Assembly: GCA_965203905.1 (NCBI GenBank)
Contig: CBDBDQ010000005.1
Coordinates: 1,120,001 to 1,184,000 of the forward strand
DNA from: Spirochaetia bacterium
Lineage (GTDB): Bacteria; Spirochaetota; Spirochaetia; SZUA-6; Bin103
Length of the DNA: 64,000 nt
Reading direction: 5' to 3'
Shown here: in pieces, positions 1 through 10,085 of the stretch
Layout of the letters: the number at the start of each line of letters is the position of its first letter
How positions within the stretch are numbered: position 1 is the first letter of the stretch
The notes under the pieces: generated by a model
What the model saw: only the letters and a program-made list of their open reading frames with translations
What the model was told of the DNA's origin: nothing
Databases searched by the model: none
Program-made: the position numbers and the translations under genes

Positions 1-1100
1 AGTCGCCCCTGGCACTCGAGGCGGCGGACTGGCAGCGGCTGCGCAGCGAGCTGGGCAACCAGCGCCTGCTGGGGATGGACCTCGGTTCCGGCGGCCACCT
101 CACGCACGGCTACCGGCCCAACGTCTCCGGCCGCATGTTCGAGTGCCACGGCTACGGGGTGGACGCCGCCACGGGTGTGCTGGACTACACGGAGCTGGAG
201 CGCCGGGCCCGGCAGGTGCGCCCGCTGATCCTCCTGGCCGGCTACAGCGCCTACCCGCGCGCCCTCGACTTTCGCCGCTTGCGGCGGATCGCCGATGCCG
301 TGGGTGCCGTGCTGATGGTGGACATGGCCCACTTCGCCGGCCTGGTCGCCGGAGGCGTGCTCCGCGGCGACTACGATCCCGTGCCGTTTGCCGACGTGTT
401 GACCTCCACCACCCACAAGACGCTGCGCGGCCCCCGCGGGGGGCTGATCCTGTGTCGCAAGGAGTTCGCCGAAGCGGTCGACCGCGGCTGTCCGCTGGTG
501 CTCGGCGGGCCGCTGCCGCACGTGATTGCCGCCAAGGCGGTGGCCTTCACCGAAGCGGCGCAGCCCGCGTTCGCCAGCTACGCCCGCCGCATCGTGGGCA
601 ACGCCCAGGCCCTGGCCGCGGCGTGCACCGGCAACGGCCTGGAGGTGGTAACCGGCGGCACCGACAACCACCTGCTGCTGCTGGACGTGACGCGCTGCGG
701 ACTCACCGGGCGCCAGGCCGAGTCCGCGCTCCGCGACGCCGGGATCATGGCCAATCGCAATGCCCTCCCGGACGATCGCCACGGCCCCTGGTACACCTCC
801 GGGTTGCGCCTGGGCACCCCGGCGCTCACCACGCTGGGCATGGGCGAGGCGGAGATGGCCGAAGTCGGGGCGGCGATCGCACGCGTGCTCGCCGCCGCCG
901 AAGCGGCCACCATCACCAGGGGACGCCGGGCCGGCGCCGCGAGCCGCACCCACTACCGCATCGACCCGGAGGTCCGGTCGGCCGTGAGTCGGGATGTGGC
1001 ACGGCTGCTGCAGGGGTTTGCGGCCTATCCCGCCCTGGATCTGACGGTGCTGCAGCGCCTCATGGCGGGTGCCGAACGCCCGCGGCCGGCACCCGCCTGA
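1..1100 (+). CDS. glyA: Serine hydroxymethyltransferase (5' part outside window)
   Basis: [19 protein letters not shown]-lysine motif [27 protein letters not shown]. The frame is open from the window start ([25 protein letters not shown]), like the long Treponema/Chlamydia-type GlyA. Confidence 0.96.
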   Translation, partial: SPLALEAADWQRLRSELGNQRLLGMDLGSGGHLTHGYRPNVSGRMFECHGYGVDAATGVLDYTELERRARQVRPLILLAGYSAYPRALDFRRLRRIADAVGAVLMVDMAHFAGLVAGGVLRGDYDPVPFADVLTSTTHKTLRGPRGGLILCRKEFAEAVDRGCPLVLGGPLPHVIAAKAVAFTEAAQPAFASYARRIVGNAQALAAACTGNGLEVVTGGTDNHLLLLDVTRCGLTGRQAESALRDAGIMANRNALPDDRHGPWYTSGLRLGTPALTTLGMGEAEMAEVGAAIARVLAAAEAATITRGRRAGAASRTHYRIDPEVRSAVSRDVARLLQGFAAYPALDLTVLQRLMAGAERPRPAPA

Positions 1101-1105
1101 GCCGT

Positions 1106-1179
1106 CGCGTCCAGCGCGACTCGAACGCGCGACCCGCAGCTTAGAAGGCTGCTGCTCTATCCAGCTGAGCTATGGACGC
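1106..1179 (-). tRNA. tRNA-Arg (anticodon TCT)
   Basis: Reverse complement GCGTCCATAGCTCAGCTGGATAGAGCAGCAGCCTTCTAAGCTGCGGGTCGCGCGTTCGAGTCGCGCTGGACGCG: paired acceptor stem, D-arm, TTCGA T-loop. No encoded CCA. Confidence 0.96.
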
Positions 1180-1192
1180 AAGGAGCGGCGCA

Positions 1193-1221
1193 ATGCTATC
1201 GGCAGCGGCGCGTTCCGGCAA
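1193..1221 (-). promoter_or_regulatory. Putative sigma70 promoter of tRNA-Arg
   Basis: TTGCCG-17 bp-TAGCAT just upstream of the tRNA 5' end. Confidence 0.5.
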
Positions 1222-1258
1222 CGCGTGCAGCAACGCAGCCAACGCAGCAGCGCCGCCG

Positions 1259-1834
1259 TTACAAGCTTGGGCGCCGCTCGGGGGGCAGATCGACCGGGGA
1301 AAAGCGGAACCCGGCTCGGTCCAGGTATTCTTCGGCGCGCGCGCGTTCCGCGGGCTGCTCCAGCGCGGCTGCCAGCTCGGCGGTCACGCACAGGTAGACG
1401 TGACTGCGCAGGTCCCCGCCCCGCATCAGGAAGAACGGCTCCGCAACCTCGCGCGCCGGATCGTACCGGCGACACTCGCGCCCCGCTGCAGCGGCCATCT
1501 CGTCGGCGGTCGTCGCTTCGTGGTGCAGCATCATCACGACCAGGTACTCGCCACCGGACGGGAACGGCGCCGACGCGGAGTGCGGCCAGGTCCGAAGGTA
1601 CCCCTCGATCATGTACAGTCCGACGATGCCACCGGGCCACGTGGCCTCGGGGTCCGGTTCGTTGACCCAGGCAATGACCGAAGGTGCGTTGTGTTCCCGC
1701 CCTTCGGCGTCCCAGGTTGTGGAGCGTTCCAGCCAGCGAGTTGAGGGACATGCGGTCAACAGCAGCGCGGCTACTGCCAACAAGGGGGCCGCAGCCTTCA
1801 TGACGCTCCGTGCGACGCTTGGCTCGGTGGACAT
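1259..1834 (-). CDS. Hypothetical lipoprotein
   Basis: GGAGG RBS before ATG 1834. Hydrophobic leader ending in lipobox LLTAC. No recognisable domain. Confidence 0.65.
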   Translation of the reverse strand: MSTEPSVARSVMKAAAPLLAVAALLLTACPSTRWLERSTTWDAEGREHNAPSVIAWVNEPDPEATWPGGIVGLYMIEGYLRTWPHSASAPFPSGGEYLVVMMLHHEATTADEMAAAAGRECRRYDPAREVAEPFFLMRGGDLRSHVYLCVTAELAAALEQPAERARAEEYLDRAGFRFSPVDLPPERRPSL

Positions 1835-1977
1835 CTCACACCTCCATGATACTGATAACGGTAAGCACAGGTGACGCGCTCGGGTCAAGGACTCACCCGC
1901 GATCCCGCGATTCCGGCAATTCGTACCGTATCCGCATCACGTGCGAGGCGGGAACCCGATGCCTGCGTACCGGCAGA

Positions 1978-2050
1978 TCGGGATGAGAGGACTCGAACCT
2001 CCGATCTCCTGCTCCCAAAGCAGGTGCCCTAGCCGCTGGGCTACATCCCG
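1978..2050 (-). tRNA. tRNA-Pro (anticodon TGG)
   Basis: Reverse complement CGGGATGTAGCCCAGCGGCTAGGGCACCTGCTTTGGGAGCAGGAGATCGGAGGTTCGAGTCCTCTCATCCCGA forms a cloverleaf. Confidence 0.96.
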
Positions 2051-2083
2051 GCACACTGGTCGCTGTCCAGTACTTCAATCCAG

Positions 2084-2113
2084 ACTATAAAAATGACCCC
2101 CACCCGCGGTCAA
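2084..2113 (-). promoter_or_regulatory. Putative sigma70 promoter of tRNA-Pro
   Basis: TTGACC-18 bp-TATAGT in a locally AT-rich patch. Confidence 0.6.
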
Positions 2114-2153
2114 TGGGCGGAACGCCGCCCCGGACGCGCTGACGGCGGCCGAG

Positions 2154-3386
2154 CTACACGAAATCGCGCACCGTCACCGGCCGGACACCGCGTTCACCAC
2201 GGCCCACCAGGTGTGCCGCCAGGGCCGCGGTGGTAACGTCCAGCAGCACGGCCGTGCTCACCAGCAGCGGCGCGATCGGCTGCATGATCAGATAGCCCTC
2301 GCGCAGGCCATGTCCGGACATGGTCCACAGCAGCGCCAAGCCGACCATGGCGCCCTGACCGGGGGCGGTGCCGACCACGAAGGAGACGAGGAAGCTGAAC
2401 AACGCGGCCCACAGCACCTGCTCCGCGGTCACCCCGAAGCTGGTGTAGGAACGCAGCACCATGAGGTAGCTCAGGCCCATGACGAGGCCGGTGCCCGCGC
2501 GGCCGAACAGCGCGAACAGGGGGAACACCGCCGAGGTGACCGTGCGCGGCAGTCCGAACGACCCGCGACCGTGAACCAGCAGCGATCCCAGGCTGACGTA
2601 GGCATCACCGGTCAGGGCTCCGGCAAGCGCCGGACCGAGAGCGGCGTACAGCCAGCGGTAGGGGTTGGTGCGCTCACCGAGCACGTAGAGCAGGCCGGGG
2701 AACACGCCGACGTAGAGGACGATGACGACGAGGACGAGGATGATGATCAGCTCCCGGTAGAGCGCCAGCTCCGCCGCTCCGAGCGAGATCAGCGTTGCCG
2801 CGCCGATCACCACGACGGCGATCCAGAACACCTCCACGATCAGGGAGTTGATCTGGAAGAAGACCCGCGCCAGGGAGTCGGTGAGCTGAATCACCGGGCC
2901 CGTGATGGTGGTGTCGAAGTCGAGACTGAAACCGATCACCAGTGCCAGCACCACCAGCGGCAGGAGCAGCGGTCCGTCGCTGACGAACGCCCGGAACAGG
3001 TTGGCGGGGAGGGTCGCGGTCGCGCTGTCCAGCAGGCTGGGAAGCGCGTAGGTCGCCGGGTCGACGATCACCACGATGGGAATGCGCTCCGGCACCAGCA
3101 GCAGCACGGCCGCAATGCCGATGCCAACGAGCAGGGCCGTGCTGCCGGCCAGGTAGAGCACCAGGCGCCGGTAGACGCGCGGCGCCGCGCCCGCCGCACG
3201 CAACTGGTGGGTGCCGATGACCAGCCCGAAGAATACGCACGGGAATACCGCGTAACCGCCGAACTGGGTCGCGATGCGCGCCAGTGAAGACGCCAACTCG
3301 GCGACCTGGCCGTCGCGCCGGGCCAGCAGGGCTCCGATCAGGAGCCCTGCGGCGGCGGCCAGGACGGTCTTGAGCCAGATCTTCAT
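2154..3386 (-). CDS. Dicarboxylate/amino acid:cation symporter (DAACS family), divergent
   Basis: 410 aa polytopic membrane protein. MKIWLK start, PANLFRAF, VFPLFALFGRAGT (aligns to the PLGATINMDGT position), AVLLDVTT. Confidence 0.75.
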   Translation of the reverse strand: MKIWLKTVLAAAAGLLIGALLARRDGQVAELASSLARIATQFGGYAVFPCVFFGLVIGTHQLRAAGAAPRVYRRLVLYLAGSTALLVGIGIAAVLLLVPERIPIVVIVDPATYALPSLLDSATATLPANLFRAFVSDGPLLLPLVVLALVIGFSLDFDTTITGPVIQLTDSLARVFFQINSLIVEVFWIAVVVIGAATLISLGAAELALYRELIIILVLVVIVLYVGVFPGLLYVLGERTNPYRWLYAALGPALAGALTGDAYVSLGSLLVHGRGSFGLPRTVTSAVFPLFALFGRAGTGLVMGLSYLMVLRSYTSFGVTAEQVLWAALFSFLVSFVVGTAPGQGAMVGLALLWTMSGHGLREGYLIMQPIAPLLVSTAVLLDVTTAALAAHLVGRGERGVRPVTVRDFV

Positions 3387-3462
3387 CGTGCCCAGGGTTG
3401 CCGAGGCAATGCGTGGCAGTCAACGGCTACCGCGGGGGAGGCGGGGGAGGCCGCGGCGGCGT

Positions 3463-4350
3463 TCAGCCGCCTCCTGCCGCCGGAGGCGCGGGTGGGCCGT
3501 CCGGGGCGTCGCGCCAGCGGCACGCCAGGGCTTCGTAGTTGCGGGCCTCGGCGAGCCGGCCGCGCTTGCGACAGCCGGCGGCGTAGATCCGCGCCTTGCG
3601 CACCAGCTCCTCGCAGGCGGCGCGGTGCCGGGATGCGACGCCGAAATGACCGGCCGCGACCAGGTCGTGCAGCGCCCGCAGGCGGAAGATCTCGATCTGT
3701 CCATACCGTTCCGAAAGCTGATCCGGGTGGCCGGCGCGCTTGATCACCAGTTCCTGATCCACGTAGCCCACCGGGTAGCGCGCCGTCAGGCGCAGCCACA
3801 GTTCGTAATCCTCGGCGATCTCGAGGTCCTCGCGGAAGCCGCCGGTCCGCGCGAACACGGCGCGGGGCAACAGCACGGTCGATGGCCCGATCACGCACTT
3901 GCGCAGCGAATCCGCGAACAGGTCGCCGCTGCGACGGTGCCGTTGCGAGCGCTGCGATATCACCCTGCCGGAACGTACCCAGCGCTCCCGCGTGTGCCAG
4001 ATCGAGGTGCCGGACTCCAGCGCGGCCGCCACCTGCGATTCCAGCTTGGGCGGCTGCCACAGGTCGTCGGAATCCAGGAATGCCAGGTACTCGCCGCGCG
4101 CCAGCCGGGCACCGGCGTTGCGTACCTGGCCCGGCATTCCAGTGTGCGGCTGGCTCAGCAGGCGCAGCTCCGGCCGGCCCGCCAGACCCGCCAGAGTGGT
4201 GCCGGTGGCGTCGGTGGAACCATCGTCCACCACGATCAGTTCCAGCGGCCGATAGCTCTGTGCCAGCACCGAGGCCACCGCCTCCTGTACCAGCCGGGCG
4301 CGGTTGTAGGTGGGGATCACCACCGTGACCAGCGGCCTGCTGCTGCCCAT
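3463..4350 (-). CDS. Glycosyltransferase family 2
   Basis: VVIPTYNR, VVDDGSTD, RNAG, AFLDSDD, EDYELWLR. Confidence 0.93.
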   Translation of the reverse strand: MGSSRPLVTVVIPTYNRARLVQEAVASVLAQSYRPLELIVVDDGSTDATGTTLAGLAGRPELRLLSQPHTGMPGQVRNAGARLARGEYLAFLDSDDLWQPPKLESQVAAALESGTSIWHTRERWVRSGRVISQRSQRHRRSGDLFADSLRKCVIGPSTVLLPRAVFARTGGFREDLEIAEDYELWLRLTARYPVGYVDQELVIKRAGHPDQLSERYGQIEIFRLRALHDLVAAGHFGVASRHRAACEELVRKARIYAAGCRKRGRLAEARNYEALACRWRDAPDGPPAPPAAGGG

Positions 4351-4476
4351 GGGGCGATGCTATCGTCAGCCTGCGGCAGCCGCTACCGGGCCCGGCGGCC
4401 GGGTCGGGACGGCGCTAGGACGGCGCCGGGCTCGGCTTGCGGAAACTGCGTCCACACGGCAGGCTCGGTGGGCGCC

Positions 4477-4977
4477 ATGGCAACGCCCGATCGAATCGCG
4501 CTGGTGGGTTTCATGGGCTCCGGCAAGAGCACCGTGGGGGGGCTGCTTGCCGCTGCGGTCGGCTACCGGCTGGTGGACGTGGACCTCCTGATCGAGGAAC
4601 GGGCGGGGATGTCGATTCCCGAAATCTTCCGCCGCGACGGCGAGACGTGCTTCAGGGAGCTGGAGTCGCGACTGCTGTTGGGGCTGGGACAGCGGCGCGG
4701 GCTGGTGATCGCCACCGGCGGCGGCGCGCCGATGCAGCCTGCCAACCACGAGTTCCTGCGCACCCGCTGCCGCACCTTCTACCTGGAGATCAGCGCTGCC
4801 GAGGTGCGCCGCCGCATTGGCGCCGATCGGGGACGGCCGAAGCTCGCTGCCACGCAGGAGGGGGTCGAGGAACTGCTCGCGGCGCGCCGCCCCCGGTACG
4901 AGGCGGTGGGCGACACCGTGACGGTGGAGGGACGAACGCCGGCGCAGGTGGTGGCGACGATTCGCGCGCTGCTGTAG
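4477..4977 (+). CDS. aroK: Shikimate kinase
   Basis: IALVGFMGSGKST Walker A, EIFRRDGETCFRELE, IATGGG, RP motif. Lies in the 3' part of the 3274..4977 ORF. Confidence 0.94.
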   Translation: MATPDRIALVGFMGSGKSTVGGLLAAAVGYRLVDVDLLIEERAGMSIPEIFRRDGETCFRELESRLLLGLGQRRGLVIATGGGAPMQPANHEFLRTRCRTFYLEISAAEVRRRIGADRGRPKLAATQEGVEELLAARRPRYEAVGDTVTVEGRTPAQVVATIRALL

Positions 4978-4996
4978 CACCGCGGCCGCCGCGCGC

Positions 4997-5560
4997 TCAG
5001 CGGACGCGTGCGGCAAGCACCTCCAGCACCTGGTCCAGCGCTACCTCCTCGGCGACCAGCAGCACCAGCAGGTGGTAGAGCAGGTCGGCCGCCTCGCCGG
5101 CAACCTCGGCCGCGGAAGCGGCGGTGATCACCTCGATCGCCTCCTCGCCGAGCTTCTTGCGAATCCTGGAAACGCCCTCGCGAAACAGGTAGCTGGTATA
5201 GGAATCCTCCGGCAGGGTCCGGCGCCGCTCGCGGATGAGCTGCTCCAGGTCGTGCAGCGGGCCGCCGGCGGATTGCTGCAGCGGGGCCGGCGCCGACTGC
5301 GGCTCGGCGCGGCCGGAGCCGCAGTGCGCCGGCTCCGTCTCCAGCCGCGCCTCGTACCAGCCGTCACCTTCGCACACCCGTACCGGCCGGCCCCGAGTCG
5401 CCGCGTGCGGCAGCACCCGGCCCTCCCGCCAGACCCACAGCTCGCCGCTTTCGAGGCTCTTGCGGAACGCCTTGGCGTCCATCCTGGCCACGGCGCACAC
5501 CCGTCCGTCCGCATCGAGCACGACCGCGGGCCTTGCCGCGGCCGGAGACTCGCTCACCAT
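4997..5560 (-). CDS. hisE: Phosphoribosyl-ATP pyrophosphatase with degenerate N-terminal HisI-like domain
   Basis: SYTSYLF, IRKKLGEEAIEV, EAADLLYHLLV. ATG 5560 overlaps the end of hisA. Confidence 0.88.
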   Translation of the reverse strand: MVSESPAAARPAVVLDADGRVCAVARMDAKAFRKSLESGELWVWREGRVLPHAATRGRPVRVCEGDGWYEARLETEPAHCGSGRAEPQSAPAPLQQSAGGPLHDLEQLIRERRRTLPEDSYTSYLFREGVSRIRKKLGEEAIEVITAASAAEVAGEAADLLYHLLVLLVAEEVALDQVLEVLAARVR

Positions 5561-6297
5561 CGCGCCTGCTCCTGCGCCTGCGGATACCGCTCCAGGAGGT
5601 CCGCGAGATCGACCCGTCCCTCGATCCACGCCTTGCCGATGATCACGCCGATCACCCCGGCCGCGGCGCGCGCCGCCACCGCCGCGACGTGTGCCTCGGA
5701 GCCGATGCCGCCGGACAGGATCACCGGCCGCGCGGCGGCGCGGGCCACGGCGCCGGTGCGCTCGAGGTCAGGCCCGGCCAGGGTGCCGTCGCGCGCGATG
5801 TTGGTATACACGATGCCGCGCACCGGCTGCGTGCTCATCCGAGCCGCAAGCTCGGTGTCCGCGAGGCCGCCGCGCTGCTGCCAGCCGTGGGTCTTGACCA
5901 CCCCGTCGTAGGCGTCGATACCGGCCACCAGCCGGTCCCCCACCTGCCCCGCCCAGCGGGAGGGCAGCTCGGGGTCGCGCGCCAGGGCGGAGCCGACCAC
6001 GACGCGGTCCACTCCCATCTCCACCAGCAGGCGGGCGTCGGCCAGTGTGCGTACCCCGCCGCCCACCTGCAGCCGCAGCCCCACGGCGGCGCGGATGGCG
6101 CCGATCAGCGCGCGGTTGTCGCCGCCGCCGCGGGCGGCATCGAGGTCGACGACGTGCAGCCACGCGGCGCCCATCGCTTCCAGCTCGGCGGCGCTAGCGA
6201 CCGCGTCGCGGGCATAGTCGGTGGCGGCGCCGAAATCGCCGCGCGTGAGACGCACGGGACGACCGTCGAGCAGGTCGATGGCGGGCAGGATCAACAC
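5554..6297 (-). CDS. hisA: ProFAR isomerase
   Basis: ILPAIDLLDGRPVRL, LHVVDLDAA, QVGGGVR, TNIARDGTLAGPD, SGGI. Confidence 0.96.
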   Translation of the reverse strand: MLILPAIDLLDGRPVRLTRGDFGAATDYARDAVASAAELEAMGAAWLHVVDLDAARGGGDNRALIGAIRAAVGLRLQVGGGVRTLADARLLVEMGVDRVVVGSALARDPELPSRWAGQVGDRLVAGIDAYDGVVKTHGWQQRGGLADTELAARMSTQPVRGIVYTNIARDGTLAGPDLERTGAVARAAARPVILSGGIGSEAHVAAVAARAAAGVIGVIIGKAWIEGRVDLADLLERYPQAQEQARW

Positions 6298-6331
6298 GTA
6301 GCGGGCAGCAGCACGAACCGGGGTAGCGGCG

Positions 6332-6832
6332 TCACCGATCGCCGGGCGGCGTGCCGCGGGTGGCGGAGTTGCGCGCCACTTCTTCCTGGAACGCGAAACA
6401 GATCTGTTCCTGCAACTCCTGTTCCGTCATGTCGCGGGCCAGCAGGTCCTTGAAGAAGTCGCGCTTGCTGAGGCGGCAGATGCCGGACAGGGCGGTGAGG
6501 TAGTCGCGATGCCGGTCCGGAGGCGTGGCCAGGACGAACAACAGCTTGACCGGCTGACCGTCGACGGCGTGGTAGTCGATGCCGATGCGCGAGATGCCAA
6601 GCGCTATGGTGACTTCGCTGACGCCGTCGGTCTGGCCGTGGGCCGCGGCCACGCCGTGGCCGATACCGGTGCTCTGGATGTGCTCGCGGCGCATCACCGC
6701 CTGCTCCACGGCGGCGCGCTGCTGGCCGTTGGCGAACACGCCGGCGCGTCCCACCACCTCGTGAATCGCCGCGAACTTGTTCGTGTTCCGCAGGTTGTCG
6801 ACCACGGTACCTGTCTCGAAGCAGCGCAGCAT
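6332..6832 (-). CDS. PTS IIA (Ntr/fructose-type) domain protein
   Basis: REHIQSTGIGHGVAAAHG (phospho-His), GIDYHAVDGQPVKLLF. Start taken at ATG 6832. Confidence 0.88.
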   Translation of the reverse strand: MLRCFETGTVVDNLRNTNKFAAIHEVVGRAGVFANGQQRAAVEQAVMRREHIQSTGIGHGVAAAHGQTDGVSEVTIALGISRIGIDYHAVDGQPVKLLFVLATPPDRHRDYLTALSGICRLSKRDFFKDLLARDMTEQELQEQICFAFQEEVARNSATRGTPPGDR

Positions 6833-6953
6833 TGAGCGATCCAATTCCAAGCTATCAATCGGCTTGTAAGCCGTCAAGCTGAATCCTTCGCAGGCAAAAT
6901 CGACGCTCGATGGCTGCTTCGCCGCCGGTCTGGTAGGCTTCGCCCGAAATTGC

Positions 6954-9900
6954 ATGCGCGTTGAGGTCTGGTATCGCGACGAGATCGGGGACGGGCGGGC
7001 GGCGCGCTTGCTGGCATCCCTGCGCGCCGGTGCGCTGCCGGCGTTGGCCGCGGTACGGATTCGCGACGTGTACCTGGTAACCGGGGTGGCCGGCCTGGAG
7101 GCGCGCCGGCTCCAGGAACTGGTGTGCGACCGGGTGGCGCAGGAGACTGCCGTGGTGCCGGCGCGGGACCCGGAAGCGGGAGCCGAGCCGGACTGGGACC
7201 TGCTGCTGGAGGTGGCGGTAAAGCCCGGAGTGGCCGATCCGGTGGCCGGCACCCTGCGCGCCGCGCTGCGCACGGTGCTGGAGTTGGCGGTGCCGGAAGC
7301 GGCGCTGGTGCAGACGGCGCGCCAGTACCGGTTCTCGATGCGCTCGGGGACGCTCGACCGCACGGCTCTCGGTGCCTTGTTCAATCCCCTGATCCAGAGC
7401 GGACTTGTGCTCAGCGCGGATGATTGGCGGCGGGGGAAACGCCCGCCGCAGCAATATCCCGGTATCGGCGGCAACGGCGCCGGCCGCACCACCCCGGCGG
7501 AACGGGTCGCCCGCTTCGCCATCGCCGGCATGTCGGACCGGCAACTCACCGATCTCTCCGCGCAGCGTCTGCTGGCCCTGTCCCTGAGCGAGCTGCACGC
7601 GGTGCGCGACTACTACCGCTCGCCCACCGTGCGCGCGCAGCGGCGCGCCGCCGGACTCGATGCGGCGGCCACCGACGTCGAGCTGGAGATGATCGCCCAG
7701 ACCTGGTCCGAGCACTGCAAGCACAAGATCTTCAACGCCACCATCGAATACCACGAGGGCGGCCACGGCGAGACCATCCGCTCCCTGTTCGACCGCTACA
7801 TCCGCGCGACCACGCACGAGGTCGATCCCGGCGACGGCTTCCTGCGATCGGTCTTTCATGACAACTCGGGGGTGATCGAGTTCGACGCCGAGACCCTGCT
7901 CTGTTTCAAGGCCGAAACCCACAACTCGCCGTCGGCGCTCGACCCGTACGGCGGCGCCATCACCGGGATCGTAGGCGTGAACCGCGACATCCTCGGCACC
8001 GGCCGCGGCGCACGTCCGATCTTCAACACCAACGTGCTGTGCTTCGCGCCGCCACGGATGGCGGAGGTGCCGAACGGCCTGCTGTCGCCGCGCACGGTGC
8101 TGGAGGGAGTGCATCGCGGCATCGTCGACGGCGGCAACCAGTCGGGCATTCCCACGGTGGCGGGCGCGGTGCTGTTCGATCCCAGCTTCGTCGGCAAGCC
8201 GCTGGTGTTCTGCGGCACCGGCGGCATCATGCCGGCGAGTCTGCTGGGAGCGCCGGCCTGGGAAGCGGAGCCGTGCGCCGGCGATCTGGCGGTGATGGTG
8301 GGCGGACGCATCGGCCGCGACGGTATCCACGGGGCCACCTTTTCCTCGCTGGCCCTGGACGAGTCCTCGCCCCTGTCCGCGGTGCAGATCGGCGATCCCA
8401 TCACCCAGAAGAAGATGTCCGACTTCCTGCTGGAGGCGCGTGACCGGGGTCTGTATCGTGCCATCACCGACAACGGCGCCGGCGGCCTGTCCTCGTCCTT
8501 CGGCGAGATGGCGCGCGCCTGCGGCGGGGTGCGGCTGGAGCTGGAGCGCGCGCCGCTCAAGTACCACGGCCTGGAGCCGTGGGAGATTCTGGTGTCGGAG
8601 TCGCAGGAGCGGATGAGCCTGGCGGTGGCGCCGGAGCACTACGCCGCCTTCGCCGACCTGGCACGGCGGCGCGAGGTGGAGGTCACGGCGGTGGGTGAGT
8701 TCACCGCGGACGGCACGGTGGAGGTACGCTACGCGGATCGGCTGGTCGCTCTGATCGAACTGGAATTCCTCCACGACGGGCTCCCCGAAATGGTGCTGCA
8801 GGCACGCTGGGAGGCGCCCCGCGCCGCACGCTCGGCCCCGCCTCCGGCGCCGCCGCCGGCCGCCGTGCTGCCGCGGCTGCTGGCCGACCCCAACATCGCC
8901 TCCAAGGAAGCGTTGGTGCGGCAGTACGACCACGAGGTGCAGGCACTGACCGTCGGCAAGCCGTTCGTGGGCCGCTGCATGGATGGTCCGAGCGACGGCG
9001 CGGTGCTGCAGCCGCGCCCCGACTCGCTGCGCGGCATCACGGTGACGCACGGGATCTGTCCCTGGTACTCGGCCTGGGACACCTGGCACATGGCGATGTG
9101 CGCGGTGGACGAGGCGGTGCGCGCCCACGTCGCCTGCGGCGGCGACCCCGACCGCATGGCGGCGCTGGACAACTTCTGCTGGCCCGATCCGATCGCCGGC
9201 CCCGACAACCCCGACGGCGCGCACAAGCTGGCGCAACTGGTGCGCGCCGCGCGCGGGCTGCGCGCCGCCTGCCTGGCCTACCGGCTGCCGCTGATCTCCG
9301 GCAAGGACTCGATGAAGAACGACGCGGTGGTGGAGGGTCGCCGCATTTCCGTGCTGCCGACGCTGCTGGTGTCGGTGCTGGGGATCATCGAAGACCTGCG
9401 CCGCTCGGTCAGCTCCGACTTCAAGCGCGCCGGAGACCGCATCTTCATCGTCGGTGCGGACCGTGGCGAGCTCGGTGGTTCCGCCTATGCGCGGCTGCTC
9501 GCCGGCTCCAGCGGCGGTGTGGCGACGGCTGCCTGGCCCTGCCCCACGGTCGACGCGCCGGCGGCGATGCGCCGGTACCGGCGGCTGCACGCCGCAATTC
9601 GTGCCGGCATGGTGGCTTCCGCCCACGACCTCTCCGACGGGGGCCTGGCAGTGGCGCTGGCCGAAAGCGCCATCGGCGGCCGCCTCGGCGCCCGCCTGGA
9701 CCTGGCGCGGGTTCCGGTGACCAGCGCTGCGCGCCCGGAAGCCGGCGACCAGCGCGCAACAGCCGATCCGGCCGCCCTGGACCGCATCGCAGGCCAGGCC
9801 GCCGCCGGCGCGGTACGCGTCGCCACGGCCGCGGCACCGGCGCCGGCTGCGGAGGACACTGCCTCACGGCACGGCGCGTTGCTGTTCAGCGAGACCGCCG

Positions 9901-10085
9901 GCCGGCTGCTGGTCAGCGTGCCGCCGGCCGCCGCCGAGCGGATGTGCGAGCATTTTGCGGGCCACGATTGCGCTGCGGTAGGTGAGGTGACCGGCGACGG
10001 CCGCGTGACCGTGGTGGACGGGGCCGCCACGGTCGCCGGGTGGCAGGTCGAGGAACTGTTACGAGCGTGGCAGACCGCGTTATGA
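6954..10085 (+). CDS. purL: FGAM synthase synthetase subunit with fused N-terminal PurS-like region
   Basis: QTWSEHCKHK, KAETHNSPS, GRDGIHGA, DNGAGG, SESQERM, QYDHEV, ISGKDS, HDLSDGG. N-terminal EVAVKPGVADP is PurS-like. Confidence 0.96.
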   Translation: MRVEVWYRDEIGDGRAARLLASLRAGALPALAAVRIRDVYLVTGVAGLEARRLQELVCDRVAQETAVVPARDPEAGAEPDWDLLLEVAVKPGVADPVAGTLRAALRTVLELAVPEAALVQTARQYRFSMRSGTLDRTALGALFNPLIQSGLVLSADDWRRGKRPPQQYPGIGGNGAGRTTPAERVARFAIAGMSDRQLTDLSAQRLLALSLSELHAVRDYYRSPTVRAQRRAAGLDAAATDVELEMIAQTWSEHCKHKIFNATIEYHEGGHGETIRSLFDRYIRATTHEVDPGDGFLRSVFHDNSGVIEFDAETLLCFKAETHNSPSALDPYGGAITGIVGVNRDILGTGRGARPIFNTNVLCFAPPRMAEVPNGLLSPRTVLEGVHRGIVDGGNQSGIPTVAGAVLFDPSFVGKPLVFCGTGGIMPASLLGAPAWEAEPCAGDLAVMVGGRIGRDGIHGATFSSLALDESSPLSAVQIGDPITQKKMSDFLLEARDRGLYRAITDNGAGGLSSSFGEMARACGGVRLELERAPLKYHGLEPWEILVSESQERMSLAVAPEHYAAFADLARRREVEVTAVGEFTADGTVEVRYADRLVALIELEFLHDGLPEMVLQARWEAPRAARSAPPPAPPPAAVLPRLLADPNIASKEALVRQYDHEVQALTVGKPFVGRCMDGPSDGAVLQPRPDSLRGITVTHGICPWYSAWDTWHMAMCAVDEAVRAHVACGGDPDRMAALDNFCWPDPIAGPDNPDGAHKLAQLVRAARGLRAACLAYRLPLISGKDSMKNDAVVEGRRISVLPTLLVSVLGIIEDLRRSVSSDFKRAGDRIFIVGADRGELGGSAYARLLAGSSGGVATAAWPCPTVDAPAAMRRYRRLHAAIRAGMVASAHDLSDGGLAVALAESAIGGRLGARLDLARVPVTSAARPEAGDQRATADPAALDRIAGQAAAGAVRVATAAAPAPAAEDTASRHGALLFSETAGRLLVSVPPAAAERMCEHFAGHDCAAVGEVTGDGRVTVVDGAATVAGWQVEELLRAWQTAL

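Noticed and set aside
1106-2050. tRNA-anchored integrative element
   Set aside because: No duplicated tRNA 3' end and no integrase were found in the window.
6855-9626. 923-aa minus-strand ORF and many other long overlapping ORFs (e.g. 20017-22302, 48627-50918, most of 57115-60021 and 46498-48777)
   Set aside because: Shadow frames of real genes in very high-GC DNA. They are Arg/Ala/Gly-rich with no motifs, and only the embedded real genes were kept.
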